Source: Takakia lepidozioides
Lineage: Eukaryota; Plantae; Bryophyta
Assembly: GCA_030704615.1 (NCBI GenBank)
Contig: CM060732.1
Coordinates: 77,872,001-77,936,000, forward strand
Length of the DNA: 64,000 nt
Direction: 5' to 3'
A program made the position numbers and the translations under genes. Below are positions 1 through 12,545 of the stretch, piece by piece (within the stretch, counting starts at the first letter, position 1; each line of letters opens with the position of its first letter). Under the pieces are notes generated by a model, which saw only the letters and a list, made by a program, of their open reading frames with translations, was not told where the DNA came from and did no database searches.

Positions 1-636
1 ACCGCCGATGCTGGCGGTCGCTTATTTATTTTAAATGTTTTGAAAATGAAGCGACCGCCGATGCTAGTGGTCGCTTATTTATTTTAAATGTTTTTGAAAA
101 TGAAACGACCGCCTATGCTGGCGGTTGCTTATTTTTTTTAATTTTTTTTAAATGTAGCCACCGCTTATGTTGGCGGTCGCTTATTTTTTTTTAAGTTTTT
201 GAAAATAAAGCGACCGCCTATGTTGGCGGTCGCTTATTTATTTTAAATGTTTTGAAAATGAAGCGACTGCCTATGCTGGCGGTTGCTTATTTTTTTTAAT
301 TTTTAAAAAATGAAGCAACCGCCTATGTTGGCGGTCGCTTATTTTTTTTTAAGTTTTTGAAAATGAAGCGACCGCCTATGTTGGCGGTCGCTTACTTATT
401 CTAAATGTTTTGAAAATGAAGCGACCGCATATGATGGTGGTCGATTTTTTTTAAACTGAAGCGACCGCCTATGTTGACGGTCGTTTTTTTTTAAAATTTC
501 CGGAAAATGGAGCGACCGCCTGTTTTGGCAGTCGTTTTTTTTTTTCCCCGGAAAATGGAGCGACCGCTTGTTCTGGTGGTCGCTTATTTTTTGATTTTCC
601 CGAAAATCGAGCGACCGCCAAGTTGGCGGTCGCTTC
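1..636. repeat. Tandem array (~53-bp period, ~13 units) of palindrome AAGCGACCGCC-TATGTT-GGCGGTCGCTT with A/T-rich linkers
   Basis: GCGACC-type cores at about 51, 105, 157, 210, 263, 315, 368, 421, 461, 512, 560, 611; array runs off the window start. Confidence 0.95.
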
Positions 637-671
637 TAGAAGATTCGCCCTTCACATGGCCCGATAAATGA

Positions 672-735
672 GGGCGGGGGGGGGGGATATAAGCCAAGGG
701 AGGCTTATTCTCCCCTCACTTCCTCTCCACACAAC
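672..735 (+). promoter_or_regulatory. Putative core promoter of the RING gene (G-run, TATAAG at 688-693, pyrimidine patch)
   Basis: Followed by a likely 5'UTR intron (GT at 740, AG at 1006-1007) ending just before ATG 1009. Confidence 0.45.
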
Positions 736-1285
736 TTCTGTATGCGTGGCATTTCATTATTCCAAGGCACGTAGTCACGTGGAGAAGGAGGCCATTGGTT
801 GGATAGGGGGTATTTTTTGCCCTGATTTCTGTGAGGTCGTTGCAGAATGCTCCCATAGGCCCTCCTCTGGCTTCCAGGATCATTTTATTCTACAAAATTA
901 GCTTTTAGGAAGTATTTTGACACCTACTCAAACCTACTTAACGGGGGAAGGGTTTAGAGTTACGTCTTTTTAGAAAACCTCGTTTAGTATTGCTCTGATT
1001 GTTGTAGAATGGCAGAGGGCCAGGACGATGACCGTCATGGAAGAGATGACCCCAATGAACATGGACCGCCCCCTAAGAAAATCAAAAGGTCAAGGCAAGA
1101 CTTGAATTGGGAAGTATTTGGTGACCCTAGCATACTAGCAGAAGAGGGCTGGGAGGATGTTCTGGAAGAGTTCCGGTGGCCGATGGCGAGATGCAAAAAA
1201 TTCATGAAATGGTACCACATCAATTGATTGTGGCCTTTGGATAGGCATGACGTGCGAACCCGAAACAATTACGCAGAGTCCAGGT

Positions 1286-2009
1286 TGTCGCGCACCTCCC
1301 TTCGGTAAGCTCCCCTTCACGTCATAGTTACTCGCTTTGATGCGCGCGCCTGACTCCCAACCTGGCCGCCGGGCCAACTTGGAGCTTCGGCTGCTCACCG
1401 GGACATAACGGTCCCCCTTCGCTTCCCACTAAACCCTCCACCTATTTGGGACTAGTGGAATTCCCTTTGGTAGATGGCAGTCCGGAACAGCTCCCCACTC
1501 TTTGGTCGCTTTTCGGCTCGCTCGCTTACTCACTAGTTTTTGGTCACAAACGGGCTTGCACCGTTCTCGGGGTTACTACTCCCTATATATACTTCTGTAG
1601 CTGTCCGCGGGGGTTTCACAACCAGCCATGCCATTTTATGGCAAACCACCACGAAAACTCTCGACTCCCGGTGATGAGTCGCGGTGAGTCTTGGCCCGCT
1701 CACCACGGCCCCTATGGACCGTGATGAGTCCCAAGATTCCCCACGACTCCCACCACGAGGTCTCCGCCCCCATGGTGAGTCCTATGCCACCCCCACTAAG
1801 TCCCGCTAAGCTACCACCACCCCTTGTGGAGCCACCCCCACCGCAACCCGGTGTGCGGGGCTCCACCTAGTGAGCGCCTCCGCCTCCTTGAGTGCCTTGG
1901 GCACTCAAGGGTGCTTCAGCCCCCATACCTATCGCTGCCGCTGCCCCCACCACAGGGGCAGCCCCTCATGTGTCCCAACCCCCTGCCCTCAAGGCAAAGG
2001 GCCGCGACA
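1286..2009 (-). repeat. 3' LTR (724 bp)
   Basis: TGTCGCG...CGCGACA on +; near-identical to 7527-8165 but with an extra 85 bp (1382-1466). Confidence 0.95.
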
Positions 2010-2022
2010 CACACCCCTACCA
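2010..2022 (-). other. Polypurine tract
   Basis: G-rich TGGTAGGGGTGTG on - immediately before the 3' LTR. Confidence 0.55.
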
Positions 2023-2915
2023 ACAGGGAGTCGATGTCCTCATCGACTTGTCCATTTTGTAGAAACGAACATCCAAGTTGTGGCGTCCCACATCAAGGAG
2101 TTTGTTTCCGTACCATGGCGTCCCATGGCAAAGAACCAAACCCCACACTTGACTCTACTCTCCACTAGCTAGTTCGGCCGACTTCCTCCAAGTCCCGGCC
2201 AAGGGTGGAGCCTCTCCAGCTCCTCCCAGTGCACTCTTCTTGGCCTACTTCAAGGCCAAGGAACGATCCTCCCCAAGGATCGAATCGCCTTACTGCAACA
2301 ACATTGCTTGCGATCGCTCATGATGCCGCTTTTGGCATCACCTTGAGCAAGGGTTCACCTGGAACCCTCTTTGACTAGGAAGATAACCTTGAACCAACCG
2401 TGCGCCCCAATCACTACAATTGGGTCCGCCTTGGAATGCTGGCCTGAGGTAAGGGAACACGCCGAAGCCGCACTACGACTTCGTCCCGAGGCTACACGAT
2501 TATAGTACGTGAACGGAAGCACGTAGCTTCCGCGTTAGCCCGCACTACAAGGCAACCCCCTCGGTAGCGCAGTTATAGTATGCGCACGCGCCAGGTGCGC
2601 ACTAGCACGTGAACTCCCAAAGAAGGCGCAAGTTTCCTTGCCCCTTGGATGGGGGTCACCCGATTTCGGCACTACGCAAACACACGATTAACCCAATTTA
2701 CCTCTCCCACTTTTATAAGCTAGCATGCATTCTACACACTAGCCAACCATACCATGCATCACCATTCCAAACAAAATAGGACGCACAACATTTGGAACCC
2801 ATTTCCTTTATAACAAATTTTTGTACAATACAAGTTTTTGCAATCGGATTCCTAAGCTAGCTAAGCCGGGCTAAGCATGCATTTCCTCCCCCACGCTCCA
2901 AGGTTGATGTCCCCA

Positions 2916-5900
2916 TCAACGCTTCTTCCGCTTTTGAGGTCGCCCTTCGAAAGCTGCAACCGCCTCGGATGCGTTTCCCATTTCTGAGGCACGCACCCAA
3001 GATGCCTCCACATGATGATAGCCCTTCCATTTGACGAGATACTCCGTTTCTCGGTTCCTGAACCTCCTCGACTTAAGTATTGCCTCCACCTCGTACTCAG
3101 GTTCATTTTCATGATCCAACAGCATAGGTGGCGGACGCAACACTTGATGCCGATTCGGACGCGCTTCATCTTTGAAGTAAGGCTTCAAAAGGGAGACATG
3201 GAATACTGGGTGCACCTTGCTGTTTGCCGGCAGCTCCAATTCATACACATCCTCATTCATAACCTTCCGAATGCGAAAGGGTCCCGCATACGGAGGTACG
3301 AACTTCGGACTCACTTCCGGAGGTAGTCGGAAATTCTTGATGTTCAACCAGACCTCTGTGCCTGCCTCAAACTTCACTTCCCTCCGCTTCCGATTCGCCT
3401 GCCTTTCATACCGTTTCCTAGCTTTGGCAATATTGTACTTTGCGAGCTTCAACAAACGCTCGCGTTCTTCCAGTACCGCCGCTACTGCCGGTTCCTCAAC
3501 GTCCTGGGCGGCCCAACTTGTCGGCACCAGAGGTGCTTTTCCATAGACCAATACGAAAGGGGAAACTCCCGTTGCGGAGTGTTCTGTGTTATTATAACAG
3601 AACTCTGCCGCGTCTAAGTGTTCCATCCAGTCTGATTGGTCTGCCGACACGTAATTCCGCAAGAATTGCTTCACTACGGAATTCACTCTTTCCGTTTGGC
3701 CGTCCGTCGTAGGTCGGAAGGCGGTGCTCATCTTCAGCCTCGTCCCCATCTTCTTCCAAAGTGTCCTCCAAAATTTACTCGTAAACTTTGGATCGCGGTC
3801 CGAGACAATATCCTTCGGGACTCCATGATGCTTTAAGACGTGGGCGAAGTAAAGTCGCCCTGTCTCCTGCGCCGTTGCCGTCTCCTTGGTGGGGATGAAA
3901 TGGCCCATTTTACTGAACCTATCCACCACCACCATGATTGCATCGAATCCTTTTGACAGCGGCATAGCAGTCATGAAATCCATCGAGACGCTTTCCCAAG
4001 TCCCCTCTGGAATCGGCAAGGGTTGTAACAGCCCCGCTTGCTTTTTGTACTCGCTCCGGTTTTGTTGGCATGTGGTGCATGTCTTGACATACTCCTCTGC
4101 CTCCTCCCTCAGTTTGGGCCAGAAATACTCTTTCTTCAAGAGTGCCGCAGTGCGCTTGGCTCCGCCGTGGCCCGCAAGCGGGCTATCATGGCATTCTCTC
4201 AAGAGGCTATCTCTGATCCCTCCCTTCGGCACGTAGAGACGCTTTTGCTTATACCGGAGCAGTCCATTTTGCAAGTGGAACTGCGATTTAACCCCCATCC
4301 TCAAGTCCTGCATCACGGACTTTGCCAGCTCATCCTTCCGGCAAGCCTTCCGGATCTTCCTTTGGAGTGCCGTCTCGCCCTGTACACCAACAGGAGCTGC
4401 TGCTTTCTACTTAAAGCATCGGCCACCACATTGTCCCGTCCCGGTTTGTACTGGATATCCACGTCGAACACCGCCAAAGTATCTTGCCACCTAAGTTGTT
4501 TTGGGGACAACTTGGGCTGCGTGGCAAAATACTTCACTGTGACATTGTCCGTGAACACCTTCACTGGGTTGGAACCAACATAGTGGCGCCAAAGCTCGAG
4601 GCAATGCACCACCGCCTTCATCTCTTTTTCGTGCGTCGGCCACCGTCGCTCCACTTCATTCAGTTTCTTACTTTCGTAAGCCACTGGACGTCCATCTTGC
4701 ATAAGTACACCCCCAATCGCGAAGTCCGACGCATCTGTATGAATCTCAAATGGACGATCGAACTACGGGATTTCAAGACTGGAGCTTCCGCCATCCGCTG
4801 CTTCAATTCAGCAAAACTTGGCCACAAAATGTGTTCCATACCCAGACTTTGGATTTACACAGAAGGTCCGACAGCGGCCCCGCGATCTTGGCGAAATTTC
4901 TCACGTACTTCCGGTAATAGGAGGCGAGTCCTAGGAAGGATCGCACTCCCGGGACCGAAGTCGGAGGCTCCCAGTCCAAGATCGCCCTCACCTTTCTGTC
5001 ATCCATTTTGATCCCATCCTGTGTAATCACATGCCCCAAGAACTCCACTTTCGTGACCCCGAATTCGCACTTTGAAGCTTTGGCATACAGCTTCCCTTCT
5101 CGCAATTTTTGGAACACCCTTTTGAGGTGCTCCAGGTGCTCCTCCTTTGTTTTCGAGTACACCAAGATGTCGTCGATGTACACGATCACAAAGTCATCCA
5201 ACCACTCTTGAAAAAGGCTGTTCATCAGCGTGCTAAATGTCGCTGGTGCATTGGTGAGCCCAAAAGGCATCACCAAGAACTCATATGAACCATACCTTGT
5301 CCTGCACGCGGTCTTCTCCTCATCTCCTTCCGCCACCCGAATTTGATGATAGCCGGAGCGCAAGTCGATCCGGCTGAAATACTTCGCTCCTGCCAACCGA
5401 TCGAAGAGGTCGTCGATCCTTGGCAAAGGGTACCGGTTTTTGATAGTCACCTTATTCAGAGCCCTGTAATCGACACACATCCGCAGCGTCCCATCCTTCT
5501 TGTCTGCGAATAGCACCGGGGCTCCGTAAGGTGACTTACTCGGCCGGATGTACCCCTTTGACATTAGATCCTTGAGTTTAGTCTTCAGCTCGACCAACTC
5601 CCTGTGGTTCAACCGGTAGGGTGCCTTGGCAGGCGGTTCCGTTCCGGTATCACCTCAATCTTGTGGTCAACTCCTCTTCGCGGTGGCAAGCCGCTTGGTA
5701 AATCCTCCGGCATCACATCCTGGTATTTCTCCAAAATCCCCTTGATCCAATCTGGGCTCGGCTCCCCATCGCCTTCTCCCTTCACTTCTCTAATGTAAAG
5801 CAAAAACTGGGGTTCGTGTGCCTCCTCCACGGCCCACTCCCTTGCTGACAGAAGGTTTATTCGCCCTCCCACGGATTTGGGCGTTTCCGACACTCGTAAA

Positions 5901-7471
5901 ACCTCGCCACCATTCCCACATGGCAGCGTGACTACTCTCTTGCGGCCATCTATGACCGCTCCGGATTTGCTCAAAAATGTCATCCCCAAAATGAGATCTA
6001 CTCCATCGATCTGCAGATGGTGAAGTTCTCACGTCCCTCCCAACTCCCCAGTTGAAGAGGAAGATCAAACGCCAACCTTGTCGCCAACTGTGGTTCTCCT
6101 TTGGCAGAACGCACCTCAATAGAGGCCCCACGTCACTTGTCGGGAGTCCCAGCTTTTGTGCCATTGCCGGTGTCATGAAGGAGTGCGACGCTTCTGTGTC
6201 CACCAACAACGACACATTAGTTCCGAATATTATCCCATCCACGAACAATAATTGACTCCCTTTTCGTAAGGCGCCAGTTTCCTGATACAACTCACAAGAA
6301 AATTTGCCTACCTTGCAAGTCCTGGCGACCACCGCTTCCACCAAGCGACTGATGGTATCTTCCGACAGCTCCGTGGTCGCCCGAGTCATGTTCAATTGCC
6401 GGGGCTTCGTGCACTTCTTGGCCATGTGCCCGGGCTCCCCGCAATTGAAACACACTCCATCAAAGGTCGCCTTCTGTCCGCCATAAGCCGCTCCACCCGC
6501 TTTTCCTTTCGAAGCACCGGGTGCCGCCTTGACGTGTGAAGGCCCTCCCTTCGATTTCCACGTGCCATTGTCGCCGCGTGGCCTATCCCACTTCGTTTCC
6601 GGTCGGAAGGAGTCACCTTCCCGCCGGGTCTTCTTGTGGTTCAGCTCCGTACGACCTTGTCTCTCACCCCTAGGGACATCCGAGAAACATTCAGCCCTCT
6701 CAATTGCCTCGTTCAAAGTCTTGGGTGGCTTCTCCTCCAACTTCCGCCTAGCCCATGGGGCCAGTCCCGCCACAAAGTTGAAGACCATTTCTGGTTCTGC
6801 CATGTCCGCGACTTCGAGCAACAGCACATTGAAAGCCTGGACATACCCCGAATGTCATCTGTTTGCTTCAAATTCCTCATCTTGTCCCGGGCAAGCCAGG
6901 ACGCGTTGAGGGGCACAAACTGTCTCTTCATCAATTCCTTGAACCCACTCCAGTTCAAGGTTTCCGGGCTTGGACCTCGGTCGTGAAGGCGTTTCTGCCA
7001 CCATTGTTGAGCATAGCCCCTCAAATAGGTGGGAGCCACTTCCACCCGATCCTCGTCACTCAACTTGGCCGCCCGGAAGTACTGCTCTAGCTCCAGGAGC
7101 CAGGTGTTGAGTGCCTTCCGATTTCGGACGCCCTCGAAGGTGCCGGGTTCCTTAGGCTTCACCTTAAACTTTGCCTTAGTGGAAGTGGCATTAGCCGCCT
7201 TCAACACGTCTTTCAACGTCCCGCCAAACTGCGCCAACAACCCTTCCCAAAAGGCTGCCGGCATGGGAGGCATCTCTTGGTTTGTCGGAGCTCTCAAGGA
7301 TTCCTCGGGCTCCGACTCCTCGGATTCCTCCCGCTCTTGAGCGGCCTCGTTTTCGGAAACATGCATCGCTTCCTCAAACGGCCGCCTCGGTGACACGTCG
7401 CCCCCATCGGGCTCACCGGGATCATCATCTTTTGGGCCATTCCGCTTTTGCTTCGGCTTGCCCGACCCCAT
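2916..7471 (-). pseudogene. Gypsy gag-pol polyprotein, frameshifted into several ORFs
   Basis: Gag (EPGTFEG...WLLELEQYF), zinc knuckle CFNCGEPGHMAKKC, protease LLVDTEASHSF (DTG altered), RT YIDD, RNase H (AYESKKL...WPTHEKE), integrase HHCC and TDGQTER, chromodomain YEVEAIL...YLVKWKGY. Confidence 0.95.
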
Positions 7472-7512
7472 GATGAGGCCAATCCCAAGGACGATCGCGT
7501 ACTGAACTCTAA

Positions 7513-7524
7513 GCTCTGATACCA
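7513..7524 (-). other. Primer binding site (tRNA-iMet)
   Basis: TGGTATCAGAGC on -, 2 nt from the 5' LTR. Confidence 0.9.
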
Positions 7525-7526
7525 AG

Positions 7527-8165
7527 TGTCGCGCACCTCCCTTCGGTAAGCTCCCCTTCAAGTCATAGTTACTCGCTTTGATGCGCGCGCCTGACTCCCA
7601 ACCTGGCCGTCGGGCCAACTTGTTGGTAGATGGCAGTCCGGAACAGCTCCCCACTCTTTGGTCGCTTTCCGGCTCGCTCGCTTACTCACTAGTTTTTGGT
7701 CACCAACGGGCTTGCACCGTTCTCGGGGTTACTACTCCCTATATATACTTCTGTAGCTGTCCGCGGGGGTTTCACAACCAGCCATGCCATTTTATGGCAA
7801 ACCACCACGAAAACTCTCGACTCCCGGTGATGAGTCGCGGTGAGTCTTGGCCCGCTCACCACGGCCCCTATGGACCGTGATGAGTCCCAAGACTCCCCAC
7901 GACTCCCACCACGAGGTCTCCGCCCCCATGGTGAGTCCTATGCCACCCCCACTAAGTCCCACTAAGCTACCACCACCCCTTGTGGAGCCACCCCCACCGC
8001 AACCCGGTGTGCGGGGCTCCACCTAGTGAGCGCCTCCGCCTCCTTGAGTGCCTTGGGCACTCAAGGGTGCTTCAGCCCCCATACCTATCGCTGCCGCTGC
8101 CCCCACCACAGAGGCAGCCCCTCATGTGTCCCGACCCCCTGCCCTCAAGGCAAAGGGCCGCGACA
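7527..8165 (-). repeat. 5' LTR (639 bp)
   Basis: Direct repeat of 1286-2009; about 8 substitutions by eye plus the 85-bp indel. Confidence 0.95.
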
Positions 8166-10680
8166 CAGGTCTTGCACGAACTTGCATTTCCAGCATAGGA
8201 CGAATGAGGTGCATTGCATATTGTGGGGTTAACCTCTCGTAAAGGGTCAAATCTCGTACACCTTGGCAGCCATGTTGTACTTGGAGGTCATACTCTTGCG
8301 TCTAGTGAATTGGCAAACTACTAGTAGGAGGAACGCAAGGTTGCTATACGATTTGGAGTACATCCCGGACACGTTCGGAATACAACCGGCTGCAACATTA
8401 GAGGAACAACTGGCGGAAAGAGACCAGCGAATCAGGACCCTGCAGGACCGACTAGACTGGCAAACACTGCGCATAGCCGAGTTGGAAGTTACATTGCAAG
8501 ACATGTCTCCAAACAATGAAGGCACTGTTGTCCACAATGAGGATCGAACAAACGTCGTGGACATGGATGCGGAGTTTGCGATGCCCGATCGCAATATTGA
8601 CCTCATCATTCAGGAAGTTACGGACGTCCTTGACCCTGTGGCCGATGAAACCATGGTTGAGGAATAGCGAATTGCGGATGAGAGAAGGAGGAAAGGAAAA
8701 GAACCAGTACTGAAACCAGGGAATGCTCAAGGGTCGCCATTCAATCGGAGATGAACCCGATATTAGATGTCGACCGCGTTACAAAGGAGCGGGACACTGC
8801 CATGGCAACTGCATGGCGCTTGTCCAAAACGCTGGAGATTCAGGCATGGGTCCTATTGAATAGCGATTGGGAGAATTGGGTACAATGGGCGATCCATTTG
8901 GCCTCCAGAGAAGCACGGGTAGAGCAGGCACTGTCAGGCTTGCAACGTGTCGCACGCATGTCGAACCGTAGCGTGGATAGCATTTATGCCAACATGCGAA
9001 GGTATAACGATCTCCAAATCGCATCAAGCGTGTTCGCCGGGTATACCAATTGGGTAGATGTGGATTCTATGTTCGATCAATATGAGCACAGAATTACGGG
9101 GTTGAATAGAAGCATAAACTGGGAATTGGAGATAGAGGAAGAGTGAGACACCACAAGAAGGATGACCAGCCACATCAATAAGGCCCAGAGGGAGGAGATA
9201 CCACGAGGCGTTTTGCTGTCATGGATATCAGATGGCACAGTTTGTTCGATGTGTAGGAATCCATACGGCCCAGAGGGATGTCATGTGCTTGGATCATGTG
9301 GACATATGTTCCATCTCACATGTCTTATCCCGCAAGCCTTGCGGACGAGCGCTTGCCCAAAATGCCGTACACCAATCCATCGTCGTTTCTATGAGCTAGG
9401 GGGCTTGGAGGATCGGATGCCCATAGGTTTTGAATACAATCGACACAATCTCCCATTGGATGGACTACCATACACATTTCTGAATTGTGTGCATTGGGGC
9501 AAGAACTTGGTATGGGATGCAGACAGAGAGATGCATGGCATACATGCCGAAAACCCGGCATACATCAGAGATCCCCAGTATTTCTGGGTCACATCTGATT
9601 GGGAGATAACCATACGTGCGGGAGGTATTCGAAATTGGTGGGAGAGAGAGCAGTTTTGCCGCAATTTGGGAGGGCATTGGAGTCAAAGAAGGTCCAGGTT
9701 TATCCGGCTCCCACAGGTTCCATGGGTGCCGGAGGAGAACAAATTGTATGACCGACAACCGATTGGGAGACATTTGTTGCTGTCCGAACTAGAAGATGCT
9801 ATAATATGTCAATGTCGAATGAATGATGCGTACAAGGCGGCTTATCGTCGAAACGACACAATGATTAGGGACAGGGCCCGCGAGAGGCAGTTGGAAAGTT
9901 TCAAAAGTACCATAAAGGCAGTTGTAGAGAAATGGAGGCGATTATGGACAGACCGTTATCATCGTGTTTCGGGGGCTGTATTGCCGGATGTGGACGGCCT
10001 CATTGCCGATTTGCATGCAGCCCGAGCACTTGTTCTCGATCCACCTCCGTCACGTCGTGAGAGTGAAGAAGAAAGTCAACTTTTGCCGCGAAGTAGGCGG
10101 ATGCAGGCCAGAATTGATCACATGCCATTGGGCCCCTCATTGACCACGAGATCACGGTCGCAAATTCTGGCAATTGGCAGTGCAAATCAGGCTACAACAT
10201 CAAATTCCACATCCTCGGACAGTGACGACTAGGCTTTCAATGACTGGCAACATAGTACATATACAATATGCATTTTTGTTGTACCTTGAATATTGTTGGA
10301 AAACACAGTGATGGCATTCCGCCAAGTTTGTATATCACCAGTTTTGTTAATACACAATGCACATGTGCGGCACCTGCCAATTTCAATTGCATGAGCAGTG
10401 TTTTCTTCACATTTACACTCGTGTGATGGGGAAAAAGTAGTTCACCCTGTCAACAAATTTACAATGGTGTCATATTTGGTCATGACGTGTATGTGGGTAT
10501 TTGCAATGAACTCCGAAAGCTGGAGAACAAGAAAAATTGATGTTAACAAATAAGTTATAACGAGTTACGAATGGTCATCTTCCAAACAAATTTCGCCTGG
10601 TCCCTGTGTATTTCATAATCATTTCGCAAAATCTATGATCTTTCTACAAACATACCCACAAAGTTCTCAAAGCACAAAAT

Positions 10681-11080
10681 AATTTCGATTGATCTCATAT
10701 TACACTGGGACATATCAGAGGGTACATTGAACACACTGGCCAAGTTTCAAAGCGAACGAAAATCATTTGGATGGGCAACCATCCGTTGGCCCATTGAACG
10801 AATTTCGATTGATCTCATATTACTCTGGGGCCTCTTACATGGCACATTGAGCATAATGACCAAGTCTCAAAGCGAACCAAAATCATTTCGATGGCCAACC
10901 ATCCGTTGAGCCATCGAATGAATTTCGATTGATCTGATATTAGTTCGGGACCTGTGAGAGGGTGTCTGGAACGTGCTGGCAAAGTTTGGAAGCTAACAAA
11001 AATGATTTGGATGGGCAACCATCCATTCACCCGTTGAATGTATTATGTTGGAGCTGATATTGCTTTGGGACCTGTTGGAC
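10681..11080. repeat. 120-bp tandem repeat, 3 units plus a partial
   Basis: Units start AATTTCGATTGATCT at 10681, 10801, 10921. Confidence 0.9.
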
Positions 11081-11158
11081 TGTGTTTCGCGTGCTCATGA
11101 TTGTTTTCTCATTCTGTTTTTGAATGGGGCGTGTAATGTAGCCATATGCAACGTGCGT

Positions 11159-11333
11159 GCCAAATTTGGGAGCGATCAAAATTTATTTGGACCCAAAACC
11201 AAAGTTTTTCCCCTGTTTTGTACTCCAAACTTGATTTGTGTTCTACTTCATGTACTCTTCATAGAAAGTTCTGCAATAGTGAGCGAAGAGAACACTTGTT
11301 TTTTGGGGCACTTTTGATTGGTCCAAATTTTGG
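11159..11333. repeat. Imperfect inverted repeat (hairpin 0)
   Basis: GCCAAATTTGGGAGCGATCAAAA pairs with TTTTGATTGGTCCAAATTTTGGC. Confidence 0.6.
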
Positions 11334-11699
11334 CGGGGGAGTAGCCTTGAGATGCTGGAAGCCACAGAACAAAATTGAGCCAAAAACAAAATCGATATGT
11401 GCCAGAAACCCCCACTGAAAGGCAATGCAAACCTATTTATTGGCTTAAAATAAATTTAAATTCAATCAAATTGTGGAATGGCTTGAGGGGGGAGCGCGTT
11501 GATGGGGAGACAAATTATTTTTTCGTCTGTTGTGTCTCCGCACATGTGTGCGACACATGTTCAAGCACATACGGGCAAAAGAGGGGCTTCAACCACATCC
11601 GTTCAATGGGTGCAATAGCCGTGCACGCATTGCAGGATTTTTTTTTCGCATTGAACAAAAACCAGATGACAAGTGAACGCCTCATTGGACAATCGAACG

Positions 11700-12100
11700 A
11701 ATTTCGATTGATTTCGTATTACACTGGGATGTATCAGAGGGTACATTGAACACACTGGCCAAGTTTCAAAGCGAACGAAAATCATTTGGATGGGCAACCA
11801 TCCGTTGGCCCATTGAACGAATTTCGATTGATCTCATATTACTCTGGGGCCTCTTACATGGCACATTGAACATAGTGGCCAAGTCTCAAAGTGAACCAAA
11901 ATCATTTCGATGGCCAACCATCCGTTGAGCCATCGAATGAATTTCGATTGATCTGATATTAGTCCGGGACCTGATACATGGTATGTTGAACATAGTGGCA
12001 AAGATTGAAAGCAAACGAATATCATTTGGATGGGCAACCATTCAATCGCCCATTGAATGAATGGGGTTTCGTCTTCGATTATACTGGGACCTGTTACATG
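11700..12100. repeat. Second block of the 120-bp repeat (duplicate of the 10681 block, offset 1019 bp)
   Basis: Units at 11700, 11820, 11940; first two nearly identical to those at 10681 and 10801. Confidence 0.9.
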
Positions 12101-12116
12101 GTATGCCCTTTGAAGC

Positions 12117-12403
12117 TCTTTTTGTAGTGTCTCCTGCCTCGTAATGCGCACCCATATCCACTGTATCCAATATGTTAATATTCTCCACCTGGAACAGATC
12201 CACATATGTGTGCAAAAATCCTTAAAAAACAAATTACCATCTCAACTTTTATAAGCCTCATCCCCAGCTTCCAGTTTTGATGGTCATTTATTTTTTTAAG
12301 TTATATACGCATGTGTGGATATGTTCCAGATGGAAGATATTAGCATTGGAAAAATACGAGTTGGAGAAGCACCTCATTACGAAGCAAGAAACATTACAGA
12401 AGA
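12117..12403. repeat. Long imperfect hairpin 1 (~290 bp)
   Basis: TGTAGTGTCTCCTGCCTCGTAATG / CATTACGAAGCAAGAAACATTACA and TGGAACAGATCCACATATG / CATGTGTGGATATGTTCCA. Confidence 0.85.
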
Positions 12404-12545
12404 CCTCAGCATGTTGAACATCTGGATGAAGAACCTTGCCCATCGTCGCTTCAAAGTTCTAGCGCTTCTGAAATGATCACATGTTTATTGGTGGAAGCAG
12501 ATCTCGTATGCAACATTGATCTCGTACCCATCGAAAACTCCAGTA

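Larger units (their letters stand above)
1286..8165 (-). mobile_element. Full-length Ty3/Gypsy chromovirus LTR retrotransposon
   Basis: Two TG...CA LTRs, 5-bp TSD CAGGT (1281-1285 and 8166-8170), tRNA-iMet PBS, order gag-PR-RT-RH-IN-chromodomain. Confidence 0.97.
1009..10232 (+). pseudogene. Coiled-coil + RING-H2 (E3 ligase-like) gene, ~780 aa reconstructed, interrupted by the Gypsy element (coding parts 1009-1285 and 8171-10232)
   Basis: Removing 1286-8170 restores the frame (NYAESR/SCTNLHF...) into ORF 8263. In-frame stops at 1225, 8230, 8665, 9144 and one frameshift near 8700-8740 link ORFs 1009, 8263, 8751 and 9162. RING-H2: CSMC-x12-CGHMFHLTC-x10-CPKC. Confidence 0.75.

Noticed and set aside
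1-636. CRISPR-like appearance of the palindromic arrays (also 15850-16352)
   Set aside because: Linkers are near-identical A/T tracts rather than unique spacers; no cas genes; eukaryotic context.
1446-2172. Duplicated short ORFs (also 7578-8232)
   Set aside because: Incidental translations of the two LTRs.
8263-10232. Operon- or virus-like polycistronic three-gene cluster
   Set aside because: Better explained as one gene with transition-type stops and one frameshift.
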